Assembly (NCBI RefSeq): GCF_963921235.1
Contig: NC_086107.1
Coordinates: 97,094,001 to 97,158,000 of the forward strand
DNA from: Mobula hypostoma
Lineage: Eukaryota
DNA length: 64,000 nt
Direction: 5' to 3'
Shown: positions 1 to 12,200 of the stretch, in pieces
Numbering within the stretch: position 1 is the first letter of the stretch
Layout: the number at the start of each line of letters is the position of its first letter
The notes under the pieces: model-generated
The model's input: the letters and a program-made list of their open reading frames with translations, nothing else
Told to the model about the DNA's origin: nothing
Databases searched by the model: none
Made by a program: the position numbers and the translations under genes

Positions 1-325
1 TTTAATGGAGGTCGGGATTGAGGACGTGATTTTAAGTTTAACTCTGTTTGGTTTCAAGTTAGCCCATTGCTTTGCTCTGCTTTTAGTTAGTTGCACGGTG
101 GGTTTTTTTTTTGGGTTTTTTTTTCTTTTTTTCTATTGATATATATATAAAATTTAGTATACTATTATGTTATCTTGGTTTCTTATGTTTAAATTACATT
201 GTTTGTAGTATTTTTTTTGGTATTGATACCTTCTGTAATTTTATTATATTTTAACATTGTATTAATGTTTATATGGCTTACCTTTTTGTATACTTATTCA
301 ATAAAAAGATTTAAAAAGAAAGAAT
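1..325 (+). mobile_element. 3' UTR and A-rich tail of an L1/Tx1-like LINE (continues upstream of window)
   Basis: T-rich tract ending in CAATAAAAAGATTTAAAAAGAAAGAATAAAG; same 3'-end architecture as the L1 end at 57467-58000. No coding part visible. Confidence 0.45.
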
Positions 326-417
326 AAAGTATTTACAAAAGGCTAAAAGTTTGCAACATTCATGTTTCTAATTTCATTGTCACATTCCGGTGGTGATCAG
401 TGGAAAACTGGTGATAT

Positions 418-1062
418 TAGACCATAAGACAAAGTAACAGAAGTCGGCCATTCGGCCCATCGAGTCTGCTCCGCCATTTTATCATGAGCTGATCCATTCT
501 CCCATTTAGTCCCACTCCCCTGCCTTCTCACCATAATCTTTGATGCCCTGGCTGCTCAGATACCTATCAGTCTCTGCCTTAAATACACCCAATGACTTGG
601 CCTCCACTGCCGCCCATGGCAACAAATTCCATAGACTCACCACCCTCTGGCTAAAAAAATTTCTTCGCATTTCTGTTCTGAATGGGTGCCCTTCAATCCT
701 TAAGTCATGCCCTCTCATACTAGACTCCCCCATCATGGGAAACAACTTTGCCACATCCACTCTGTCCATGCCTTTCAACATTCAAAATGTTTCTATGACG
801 TCTCCCCTCATTCTTCTAAACTCCAAGGAATACAGTCCAAGAGCGGACAAACGTTCCTCATATGTTAACCCTCTCATTCCTGGAATCATTCTAGTGACTC
901 TTCTCTGAACCCGCTCCAACGTCAGCACATCCTTTCTTAAATAAGGAGACCAAAACTGCCCACAGTACTCCGTGAGGTCTCACCAGCACCTTATAGAGCC
1001 TCAACATCACATCCCTGTTCCTATACTCTATTCCTCTAGAAATGAATGCCAACATTGCATTC
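418..1062 (-). mobile_element. CR1 LINE 3' fragment (ORF2 C-terminus, 3' UTR, TCTTATGG-type tail)
   Basis: Minus ORFs give NAMLAFISRGIEYRNRDVMLRLYKVLVRPH and RRNFFSQRVVSLWNLLP...FKAETDRYL, the CR1 ORF2 C-terminus. Nearly identical to 19426-19975. Confidence 0.9.
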
Positions 1063-1074
1063 TGTATAGTAACA

Positions 1075-2140
1075 TCGGTTGCCCAGGGAGGGGTGGCACC
1101 GCTGGTGTAGGGGCTTGTCGAGTCTATTCCGGGGCTGCTCACTCACCTTTGATCCCCACCCGACGCGGTTCCCACCTGTGGGTCCAGGTAGCATGCTACA
1201 GCGGCCACACCCTGGTCTATCACTTCAACAGGTGGGTTGACCCAGGTGACGGCGGCCAGTGGCATCAAACTCCAGTGAGATAGAGACATGCCTGTCCTAG
1301 CATGCAAAGTCAGATGGGGCAGATTGGACTGATGAGATCTACAATGAGATGCAACGACTAGGATGGTGGTAATTCAACGTTCCGTGGAGAGTGAAGGGCG
1401 TGACAAGGTATTAGATTAGATTAGATTATGAGGACACTCAGTCCTCGTTTCTGGTCATTTAGAAATGCATGCATTAAAAAATGATACAATGCTCCTCCAG
1501 AATGATATCACAGAAACACAGGACAAACCAAGACTAAAACTGACAAAACCATATAATTATAACATATAGTTACAACAGTGCAAAGCAATATCGTAATTTG
1601 ATAAGAGGCATGGCAAAAAAAAGTCTCAAAGTCCCGATAGCCCCAACTTCTCACACAGATGGTAGAAGGGAGAAACTCTCCCTGTCATGAGCTGCCAGCG
1701 CCGCAAACTTGCCGATGCAGCATCCTGGAGGCACCCGACCACAGTCCAACTCTGAGTCCATCCGAAAACTTCGAGCCTCCGACCAGCCCTCCGACACTGA
1801 GCACCGAGCACCGAGCACCGAGCCCTATCTCTGCCGAGCACTTCGACTCTGCCCCGGCCCCAGCTGCCGAGCAACAAGCAAAACCGAGGATTCGGGGCCT
1901 TCCCCTCTGGAGATTTCCGATCACACAGTAGCGGCGGCAGCGAAACAGGCAGTTCAGAAGTTATAGAAGATGTCGTGATCATCCACTGCAACCACAGAAG
2001 ACCCCAGTTTGTGACACTTATTCATTCCACTGGACCTGGACTTCTGAGGGTGAGAGAGTGGAAATGCCCTAGTGCAATGGCTTTTCTACTTAAAAACTCT
2101 CCAGCACAGGTTTGCTGTCATTGTCAGACACGATCATTCA
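1075..2140 (+). mobile_element. Non-coding RTE-related retroelement, split by the 1411-1962 insertion
   Basis: Halves rejoin as GACAAGGTA|TAGAAGATGTCGTGATCATCCACTGC, similar to ACACAGAAGACGTCCTGGTCATCCACTGC at ~40133. Its 3' end GTCAGACACGAT resembles RTE/BovB-type ends. Confidence 0.5.
1411..1962 (-). mobile_element. Non-autonomous retroelement 'family A' (TAATC tail), 5'-truncated
   Basis: (TTAGA)3 tail, then ATGAGGACACTCAGTCCTC; colinear with 42335-43009 and 63454-64000. Confidence 0.85.
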
Positions 2141-2162
2141 AAACAGGGCTGTATGATACTTC

Positions 2163-2756
2163 TGTAACGCCCTGGTTCACATCTTCACTGTTATGCTGTA
2201 GGTATTTCATTATTGAAGATGAGGGATGATGTGGAATGTGTGTCACCCAATTAGCGTGAGGTTTTCTTGGTGAGGGACAATCAGATTGGACTTGGTGTTT
2301 TTTTTTTGTTTGAGAGGGGATGAAGGGCGAAGATGCTGGGGAGAACCGGTCGTAGCGTACGGTCCTGTGGGAGACCCGTTTGTTCGAGGTGGATTGTGAG
2401 TGACGTTCGGAAGGTGGTGTGGGCTTTCACATTGACCGAGGGCCCAGTGCATGAGTGACAGAGAAGGTCAAGATGAGCTCCAACTTGTGCACATGTGACT
2501 GTTTAATTAGAATGGGCCCTTTTCTTTTTGTTATCCTTTACTAACCCTTCAGTTAAGATTAATAAATATAATTCCAGTGTATGCAGTGTACTCTCTGTTA
2601 TTTTGCGGCACTGATTTGTAACAGGGTAGCAAATTACACAGCATCCACACAAACTAGGGTTTGGGGTGGGATCAAGCATGCTTCAATCTCACGAGTTTGG
2701 CGGGGCTGGAGGTTGCCATCCCTAGACTTACGCAGCCAAGGAAACTGGGTGTTTCA
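2163..2756 (+). mobile_element. Solo LTR, Gypsy-like, 594 bp
   Basis: TGTAACGCCCTGG...CTGGGTGTTTCA imperfect inverted termini; flanks CTTC/CCTC (4-bp TSD, 1 mismatch); internal AATAAA near 2561. Confidence 0.8.
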
Positions 2757-2789
2757 CCTCAATAACAGCTCAGGGTAACAAAGTGATTC

Positions 2790-4285
2790 AAAGCAATTAA
2801 GCAACACAATTCATACTGGCAGAATTTCAGATGGGCATTGAGGGGGCATACAGAAGTGAGACAGATCAGCTGGTTGAGTGGTGCAGCAGCAACAACCTTG
2901 CACTCAACATCAGTAAGGCCAAGAAGTTGATTGTGGACTTCAGAGAGAGGAAGTCGGGGTAACACACACCAGTCCTCATCGAGGGAAGTGGAAAAAGTGA
3001 GAATTTTCAAGTTCTTGGGTATCAGCATCTGAGGATCTATCCTGGGCCCAACATTGTGCTGCAATTATGAAGTAGATAAGCCAGCAGTTATATTCCTTTC
3101 GGAGTTTGAGGAGAATTGATAAGTCACCCAAGAAACTCGCAAATTTCTACAGATGTACCATGGAGGGCATCCCAATTGGTTGCATTGCCATCAGTTATGG
3201 AGGGACCACTACACAGGATCGGAAAAAGCAGCAGAACGTTGTGAATTCAGTCTGCTCCACCATGGGCACTAGCCTCCCTGGCATCCAGCCGACTCAGAAA
3301 GACGGCATCCTTCAATAAGTTCAAGTTTGTTTAATTATCATTCAACCATACATGAACACCCATAAATACAATGAATATAGCCAAGTGAAATAGCATTCTT
3401 CCAGCACCCAAGACATGCCATCTTCTCATTGCTACTGTAACGCTCAGCTATATCAGGAAAATATTTATCTAGGGGAAACACTGTCCGCCACCCAACCCTG
3501 TCTCCCGGTTGTGTTGGTTGCTCTGCAATGCCACCTGGTACGACCTCAAACCTCAAACATCAGACAGCACACAATGTACGCTTTACAGATTACACTTTAT
3601 AAATCTTACTGGGACTATGAGATTAATAGAGATACAATATAAAAGAAAAAGAAAAAGGCGCCAGACTTACCAAAGTTCAATTTCTTCGTGCACACACAGT
3701 TGGAGCTCAGATACGCAGGGTCTTCTCTCTTCACCCTGTGATCCACTCCGACCCCCTCGACTCGCCACTGGGGACCACCCAAAGTGATCAACCAGGGCAC
3801 CTCCAGCACGTCTGTCTTACTCCCGGTCTCTCCTGAAAAGCCCAACAAACACATCGGTTCCCAGCCATACGAGACAGAATATCCCCCCAGAAAAGAGAAT
3901 AACACGGACACCCATTGGTTCATTCGCTCCTTATCATTATTGATAACCCAAACAAGCTGCTAGCTGCTAGAAAAAGAATCACTGTCTCAGCAGTTAACAT
4001 CACAGAGAAACCATTTTAATTATAACATAACAAAGAAACCATTTTGATTAGCATACGCAGTGACATAAAAGAAGAAACCCCTTACACTACCATCAAGGAG
4101 GTGGTGCAGGAGCCTGAAGACACATACTCAATGTATCAGGAACAGCTTCTTCCCCTCCACCATCAGATTACTGAATTGATAATAAACCCATCGCTTTATG
4201 CACTATTTATAATAATACTATATATATAGTACTATTATGCATTGCAATGTACTGCTGCCCAAAAAACAACAAATTTCATAACAGT
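2790..4285 (+). mobile_element. Degenerate Rex1/Babar-type LINE 3' part, interrupted by a solo LTR
   Basis: Encodes WCSSNNLALNISKAKKLIVDFR and LANFYRCTMEG..GCI motifs, then RNSFFP-like sequence and the 3' UTR. Confidence 0.8.
3436..4086 (-). mobile_element. Solo LTR, 651 bp
   Basis: TGTAAC...CTTACA termini with perfect 4-bp TSD CTAC (3432-3435, 4087-4090); the host LINE rejoins across it; related to 23705-24297. Confidence 0.85.
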
Positions 4286-4294
4286 TTATGGTAT

Positions 4295-5160
4295 ACAGCA
4301 ATGACCTGGATAGGAATGTAGGAGGTATGATTAGCAAGTCTGCAAATTATACAGGTTGGTGGTGTTCTGGATAGCAAGGAAGTTTGTTTAAGCCTACAGC
4401 AGGATTTAGATCAGATGCAAAGTTGAATGCAGTGTTAGCAAATGGAACTTCATCCCAACAAGTTTGAGGTGATATACTTAGGGAATTCAAATAGGAGTCA
4501 GCCATCTACAGTAAATGGCAGAGTGTAAAGGGATGTTAGTGAATGGAGGGATCTTGTGGTTCAAGCCCATAGTTTTCATAAAGTGGCATACAGGTTGATA
4601 GGATGGTGAAGACATAGTGTAATATGCTTGCTTTCTCAGGCTGGGGTACAGAAAATAAAAGATTGCTTGTTATGTCTTAACTTTATAAAGAACTGGTTAG
4701 TCTGCATTTAGAATATTGCAGTTCTAGCTATTACACCTGAGGAAGGGTGTCATTACTGTGGATTCCAGGGCTTTAGAAATGGGGAGAGATAGAAGAGAGT
4801 GAGCTTAACTAATGGGGAGAGATTGGATAGACAGGGCTTTAGTAATCGGGTGGGGGGGGATAGAATGGATAGACGGGGCTTTAGTAATGGGGAGGGATTG
4901 GATAGACCAGACTTTAGTAATGGGAAGGGATTGGATAGACGGGGCTTTAGTAATGGGGAGGGATTGGATAGATCAGGATTTATTAATGGGGAGGGATTGG
5001 ATAGACCAGACTTTAGTAATGGGGAGAGATTGGATAGACTGGACTTATTTTCCCTGGAACAGAGGCTGAGGAATAACCCAACAGAAGTAAATAAAATCTT
5101 TTGGCAGTTAATCAAAATCTTTTTCTTATAACAGGGATATCAAACACAAGAGGGCTTAAA
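4295..5160 (+). mobile_element. Old CR1 LINE RT-region fragment (resumes at ~6945-7145)
   Basis: Decayed CR1 motifs (ISKxA, LQQDLD, YKELVSLHLEYC, RLDLFSLEQR). Confidence 0.75.
4768..5040 (+). repeat. 33-bp minisatellite, about 8 copies, inside CR1
   Basis: Unit ~GGGCTTTAGTAATGGGGAGGGATTGGATAGACC; seen as the 11-aa repeat GFSNGEGLDRP in ORF 4799..5131. Confidence 0.9.
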
Positions 5161-6945
5161 GTCATAGAATACTACAGCATAGAAACAGGCCCTTTGGCCC
5201 ATCTAGTCTGTGCCAAAATATCGCTCTGCCTAGTCTCATCGACCTGCACCAGGACCATAGCCCTCCATACCTCTCCCATCTAAGTACCTATCCAAATTTC
5301 TCTTAAATGTTGAAATCAAAGCCGCATATATCACTTCCACTGGCAGCTCGTTCTACACTCTCACCACCTCAGAGTGACAAAGTTCACCCTCGTGTTCCCT
5401 TAAATATTTTACCTTTCAAACATAACCCATGACCTCCAGTTCTAGTCTCACCCTGCTGGCATTACCCTATCTCTGCCCCTCAATTTCGTATACCTCTATC
5501 AAATCTCCCATCATTCATCTACAGCCCAGGGAATAAAGTTCTAACCTGTTCAACCTTTCCCTATAACTGAAGTCCTCAAGTTCTAGCAACATCTTTATAA
5601 GTCTTCTCAGTATTCTTTCAATCTTATTGATATCCTTCCTGTAGGCAGGTGACCAGAACTGGACACAATGCTCCAAATTAGACCTCACATACGTCTTATA
5701 CAATTTTAACATAACATCCCAACTCCTGTACTTAAGTACAATGATTTATGAAGGCCAATATGCCCAAAGCTTTCTTTATGACTATCTACCTGTGACATCC
5801 CTTTCAATAAATTATGGATCTATTCCCAGATCCTGGTGTTCTACTGCCCTACCACTCACTGTGGAAGACCTGTTTGTCCTCTCAAGGTGCAGCACCTCGT
5901 GCTTTCCTGCATTTATTTCATCTGCCAACTTTCAGTCCATTTATCCAGCTCTTCCAGATCCTGTTGCAAGCTTTGGTAACCTTCCTCGCTGTCCAGCACA
6001 CCTCCAATCTTGGTGTCAACTGCAATCCACAAATTTGTTGATCTATTTTACTATGAACAGTTAATATAGATGATGAACAACAAAGGACCCAGCACCATCA
6101 CCTGTGGCACTTCAGTAGTCACAGGTCTCCAGTCAGATAGGCAGCCATCTACTACCTCTCTCTGGCCTCTCCCATGAAGCCACTTTACTACCTCATCCTG
6201 AATGCCAAGCGACTGAACTTTCTTCACCAGCCTCTGATGTGGGACATTGTCAAAGGCCTTACTAAAGTCCATCCAGACAACATCCACTGCCTTGCCTTCA
6301 TCAACTTTCCTGTTAACTGCTTCAAAAAACTTTCTAGAGATTGGTTAGACATGACCTACCACACACAAAGCTATGTTGACTATCCTTAATCAGTCCTTAT
6401 CTTTTCAAAAACAGACAGTCTAAGAAGGTCTCTTAGAATGCCTTCCAATAATTCACCTATTACTGATATCAGGCTCACTGACCTATAATTTCCCATCTTT
6501 TTTTCGAGCCAGTCTTGGTTATTCTCCAATCCTCTGGAAATTCCCCCTTTGCTAAGGATATTTTAAATATCCCTGCAATTTCTGCACTAGCTTACTACAT
6601 GGTCCGAAGGAAAACCTTATCAGGCCCCAAGGATTTATCCACCCTAATTTGCCTCAAGACAGCAAACACTTCCTCCCCTCTGTCATTGATTCAGAGTCTA
6701 TGACCTCACTGTCGTTCTGCCTCATGTCTATAGACTCTGTGTCCATCTCCTGAGTAAATACAGATGCAAAGAAAAAAAATCCATTTAAGATCTCCCCCAT
6801 CTTTTTTGGCTCCATGCATAGATGACTACTCTGATCTTCCAGAGAACAAATTTTGTCCCTTGCTACCCTTTTGCTCGTAATTTATCTGTAGAAGCCCTTG
6901 GAACTCTCCTTTGCCGTGTCTGCCAGATCAATCTTATGTCTTCTG
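5161..6945 (-). mobile_element. CR1 LINE, 5'-truncated (RT domain to 3' tail)
   Basis: Minus ORFs DVVWMDFSKAFDNVPHQRL, VPQVMVLGPLLFIIYIN and LEHCVQFWSPAYRKDI; CR1 3' end at 5161. Confidence 0.9.
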
Positions 6946-7149
6946 GCAGGCAAAGTAAGAAGTATTAAAGGCTTAGGTTTAAATGTGAGAAGTATTATTT
7001 TTTAAATCACTGAGTAACTGAACTTGCTGCCAGAGGAGGTGGTGGAGTCAGATATAATCATTATGTTATGAGACAGTTGCTTGTAGTGTGGAGGGTAGTC
7101 TTAGGTTGTAAGATGATATTGATGTATTGGAGCAGCAGGAGTTTAATCC

Positions 7150-8345
7150 AAAATTCAAGTGCATTTATTATTAAAGTATATATACCATGTATAACCCTGA
7201 GATCCGTCTTCTTGCAGCTAGCCAGAAAATGAAGGAAGATGATAGAATCCACAGAAAAACATGCAGAGTAAAGACCTACAAACATCCAATGTGAAAAAAA
7301 GAAATCGTGCAAGTAATAAAAACGTGAACAAGTAACACATAGACCATGAACTTCAGCGTCTCCGAAAGTAAATCTGTATGCGGGGGAGCGGAGTGATGAT
7401 GGCACCAAACGGCGACTCCTCTGCTTGCATCTTCGGAAACAGCTCTATTTCCATCTTTAATATCTTTATTTTTCCCTTTCAGAGTTCTTTTTGAAGACCC
7501 TGACCTGGAGTTACATGTTGACTACAGTTCCTTGCGGGAATGGGACCTGCTCTCGGGGTTTCATGGCCGGCTGTTGTTTGGCACGCCGGGGGCTCGGCCT
7601 AAGGGTCCAGGCCGACTTTGGAAGCCCTGGATCCCGGGGCTCTGGAAACCAGGCGGACTGAGGGTCGGTGTCAGGGCAGGAGACCTGTGCGGCGTCAGGG
7701 GAGTCAGAATATCTGCGGCTATGTGCCCAGAGTCTCGTGATCTTTGGGCACAGAGCTCGAAAAAGGAGATGTTACAGACTTCTTTCATCGTAAACCAATG
7801 AGCTGATTGTTATGTCTTCCCACTCACTGTGAAAATGGAGACATTTCTTTCTCCCTTATTAGGTAGAGAGAGAGAGCCTGTGGTAGGTCAAATATTGGGT
7901 GAAACATGAAGTCTTTGGGGTAACTGCAAGTCTGTACCTTTGCTGTTGCTTTGCTCATGCTTGGTTGCTTGGTGGCGGGTGCCAATTCCTTTTTTTGCCA
8001 GTAGGGGAGGGGGGTTTGTTGCTTGCTGCCATTTACGCACTGGAGGGAGGGGAGCTGGGGAGGACTTTGGGGTTCTGACATTTAACTGTCATTCATTCTT
8101 TGGGGCACTCCTCAGTTTTCATGGATGTTTTGCTAAGAAAAAGCATTTCAGGATGTACAAACATATATTGTACACATTTCTCTGACATTAAATATACCTT
8201 TGAAACCTTTGAGGCTGCAGATTAGTCAATGCCGAGGCGAGTGAAGCCAGTCCAAGTGCCCGATGGCCGCAGGGCAATAACTGCTCCAGAATCTGTCAGA
8301 GTGAGGCCCAAGACTCTTGCATCTCCCGCCTGATGATAGAAGCGA
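7150..8345 (-). mobile_element. Rex1/Babar-type LINE 3' end, split by the 7380-8212 insertion
   Basis: TTCAAGTGCATTTATTATTAAAGTA...ACCCTGAGAT matches the Rex-type 3' ends at 21848 and 57278. Confidence 0.55.
7380..8212 (+). mobile_element. Non-autonomous retroelement 'family B' (ACCTTTGA tail)
   Basis: CpG-richer 830-bp non-coding insert starting GCGGGGGAGCGGAGTGATGATGGC and ending ATTAAATATACCTTTGAAACCTTTGA; the host element rejoins across it. Confidence 0.6.
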
Positions 8346-8489
8346 GGGAGGGAGGTGGGTTAAATGCAGGAAGATGGGACGGGCTCAGGTGGCGGGGGAT
8401 CTTAGCTGGAATGGAGGACACTGGCTAAGTTTCCGCTCTCGATCCTCAATGCTTTAATTTGACCCGAAGTCTGATGTGCCCAGACAATC

Positions 8490-9240
8490 ACCCTTGTGAT
8501 GGCCATAACTGCATTCTTGAGAGTCGAGTTTACTGAATCCTTCAGGAGACTGTAAAATCACTAGTTTGTTTAGATGGTTCAGGAAAAAACATTTCTTAAA
8601 GGGAAATTACAGGCTGCGGATTGTAGTGATCGTAGTCCAGAAGTAGAACTGTATATCTAGTAGTTTTGTGAGCTACCAGTAAAACATCACCATATATCAC
8701 CAGCACTATCTTGGAAAGAAGTTCAGGTGCATGTGAGGTGCTACACTGCAGGAGTACTTATGAGGCTAGGACATACACCATGATCAGCAGGAACTCAGGG
8801 AGTATTGAGTAGATTTTGGCATACAAGACCAAAGATCCTTGAAGATGGCAGGGAGCTAACCTGGTGAAGAAGACATGTAGAATACTGGCCTTCACCAGTT
8901 AGCACATTGAATACCACAGCGTGGAAGTTATGCTGTAATCTTATAAAATATTGGCCAGATCTCATCTGAATTACTGCATAAGGCTCTGGTTACCACACAT
9001 TGGGAAGGTTGAGATACCACTAGGAAGGATGGAGATGTTGTCTAGGGTGGATTGTTTCTGCTATGAATAGAGACTTGGGATTGCTTTCTTTGGAGAGGAG
9101 GTTGAGAGGGGACATTACTGTGGAAGCGTATAAAATGATGAGGGGTAATACAAAGGGAAAAGATTTCTGCAATTTTACCAATTTGAGAAGTTGGTAAGAA
9201 ACTAGAGGATGCAACCTAGGAACAGGAGTGAAAAAATTAA
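8490..9240 (+). mobile_element. Highly decayed CR1 fragment
   Basis: Residual LYKILARSHLNYC and GLLSLERRLRGD-like motifs. Confidence 0.55.
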
Positions 9241-9247
9241 CATGGAT

Positions 9248-12200
9248 ATGAACATAGAAGAGTACAGCACAGGAACAGGCCATTTGACCCACAATGTTGT
9301 GCCAAACTAGCGGAAAAGCAAGTCAAAAACACCTAAACATTAGTCCTTTCTACCTACACAGTGTCCATATCTCTCTATCTTCCTTACACCCATGTGCCTA
9401 TCCAAACGTCTCTGAAAAGCCTCTAATGTATTTGCCTCTGCCACATAACCAGGTAGTGCATTCCAAGCATCCACAACTCCAAGGAAAAAACTCACCCCTC
9501 ACATCCCCCTTGATCCTAACCCCTTTTTACCTTCAATACATGTCCTCTGGTATTAGACATTTCAACCTTGGGAAGCAGATACTCCCTGCCCACTCTATTT
9601 ATACCTTTCAATCTTGTAAAGCTCTATCAGATCTCTCCTCAGTCTCCAGCACTCCATAAAAATCAACCCAAGTTCATCCAGCCTCTCATGATAGCACATG
9701 CCCTCTAAACCAGGCAGCATCCTGGTAAGCCTCTTCTGCACCTCTCCAAGGCCCCAACATCCTTCCTATAGTGGGGCAACCAGAACTGAACGCAATACTG
9801 CTGCTGTGGCCTAACCAGAGTTTTATAAAGTTGCAACATAAGCCCTTGACTATTGAACTTATTGCCTCGACCAATAAATTAAGCCTTCTTAACCACCTTA
9901 TCGACTTGTGTAGCCACTTTCAAGAAACTATGAACTTGGACTCCAAAATCTCTTTGCTAAGCAACTCTGTTAAGGATCTTGCCCTTGACAGTGTACTGTC
10001 TCCTTACATTTTCCCTATCGAAGTGCAACACCTCACATTTATCTGGGTTAAACTCCATCTGCCATTTCTCAGCCCATATCTGCAACTGATCTATATCATG
10101 CTGTATTCTTTGTCTACCTTCTACACTATCCACAGTACCACCAATCTTCATTGATTTGCAAACCTAAGAAACCACCCATCCACATTTATATGCATCACAA
10201 ATAGCAGAGGTCCCAGTACAGATCCCTGCAGGACACCGCTAATCACAGACCTCCAGCTAGAATTATTCTCTTCAACCAGTATCCTCTGTTTTGTATGGGC
10301 AAGCCAGGTCTGTATCCAAATGGCCAATTCACTATGGATCCCATGCATCTTAATCTTCTGGATGAGGGACCTTATTGAACTCCTTATGTAGACAACATCC
10401 ACAGTTCTATCTTCATCAAGTACCCTTGTCACCTCATCAAAAGACTCACTCAAATTTGTAAGATATGACTTGTTATGCACAGAGTCTTGCTAATGGTTTT
10501 CCAAATGCTCATAAATCCTATCCTTAAGAATTTTCTCCAGGAACTTCCCTACCACTGACACTAGACTCACTGGTCTATAGTTTACAGGATTATCCCTAGT
10601 TTCCTCTTGAATAATGGAACATAAGCTACTTGCCAGTCTTCCAGGACCTCACCTGTGGCTAGAGAGGACGCAAAGGCATTAGTCGAGTCCTCAGCAACCT
10701 CTTCTCTTGAAGCTGGGTAATATTCCATTATACCCTGGGGATTTAAAGTCTTAAAGAGACCAAACACTACCTCCTCCTTTACTTCAAAATGCCCTAGCAT
10801 ATTAATACTCTCGGCACTGATATCCTTACCCTCCATATCCTTCTCCTTGATAAATACTAATGCACTGTATTCAATAAGGACCTCACCCACATTCGTCACC
10901 CCCCCACTTCATTCACCCCTTTATTCACCCCTTTATTTGCCCCTTTATTCACCCCTTTATCCCCCCCAATTTATTCTTGAGTGGTCGAATCATCTCACTA
11001 GTTATCCTTATGATCCTCATGTATGTATAGAATGCCTTGTGATTCTCTTTAATCCTATTTGCCAATGGGTTTTCATGGCCCTTCCTGGTTTTCCTAATTC
11101 CCTTCTTGAGTTCTTTTCTGGCATCTTTATAATCCTTAAGGATTCTGTTTGATTCTAGATTCCAAAGCTTTACATAATTTTCCTTTTTCTTCTTGACTAA
11201 ATTCATCACCTCTCCCGACATCCAAGGTTCCCTTACCTTGTTGTGTTTGTCCTTCCTTCTGACCAGAACATACCGGTCCTGTACTCTGTGCAGTTGGTTT
11301 CTAAACACCCTCCGCATGTGGATGTGGACTTGCCCCAAAACAGCTGTTCCCAATTAACTCTCCCTAGTTCCTGTCTTATACTCTCGTAATGTGTCCTGCT
11401 TCAATTAAGTGCTCTCCTGCAAGGTCCATGCTTATCCTCATCTTCTGGTCAGTGTTCCTTAATTGCTCTCCCACTGAAAGGTCAGTCACTTGGCCAGGCT
11501 CATTTCCCAACACCAGGTTCAGTACAGCCCCTCCTCTTGTTGGACTATCTATATACCCTCTTGGATACACCTAACAAATGCTGCCACATCTAAACTTTTG
11601 CACTAAGAAGGTACCAATTTATATTAGGGAAATTGAAGCCTCCCATGACAACAACCCTTTCCTTAAGACCTCCTTATTTATTCCTCAGTGTACCAATGGT
11701 TATTAAGGGGGGGTGTGGGAGTCTGTGATAGAAACCCATCAGAGTGATTGCACCCTTCCTATTTTTGTGTTCCACCCATATAGACCTAGTGGACAAGACC
11801 TCTATTCCAACGCCTTTTAGTGCAGGTGTAATACTGTCTCTCATTAGTAGCACAACTCTTTCTACCAACCGCCCCCCCCAACCTTTAACCTCCCTCTCTA
11901 TATTTTCTGAAACATTGATGCCCTGGGACATTAAGCACCCATTCCATCCCCACTCTCAACCAGATCTCTGTGATGGCTGCAACATCATAGTTCCATGTAC
12001 TGATCCATGCTCTAAGTTCATCACCTTTACCCATAATTCTCCCAACATTAAAATATACACACTTCAATCTGTCTGTCCCATTGTATCTATTATTTTGCTC
12101 CAGCCTATTTTCACTAACCCTGATATCTACCTTCCTCCCCATCCCACCACTGGTGCTCTGGTTCCCCTGCCAAACTACTTTAAATCCTCCCAAGTAGCAT

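Noticed and set aside
4768..5040. 33-bp repeats as a CRISPR array or repeat-protein gene
   Set aside because: Units are contiguous with no unique spacers, there are no cas genes, and the unit derives from CR1 sequence.
10900..10968. 12-bp tandem TTTATTCACCCC as a regulatory or telomere-like array
   Set aside because: About 4-5 imperfect copies inside CR1 ORF2; not TTAGGG; most simply local slippage.
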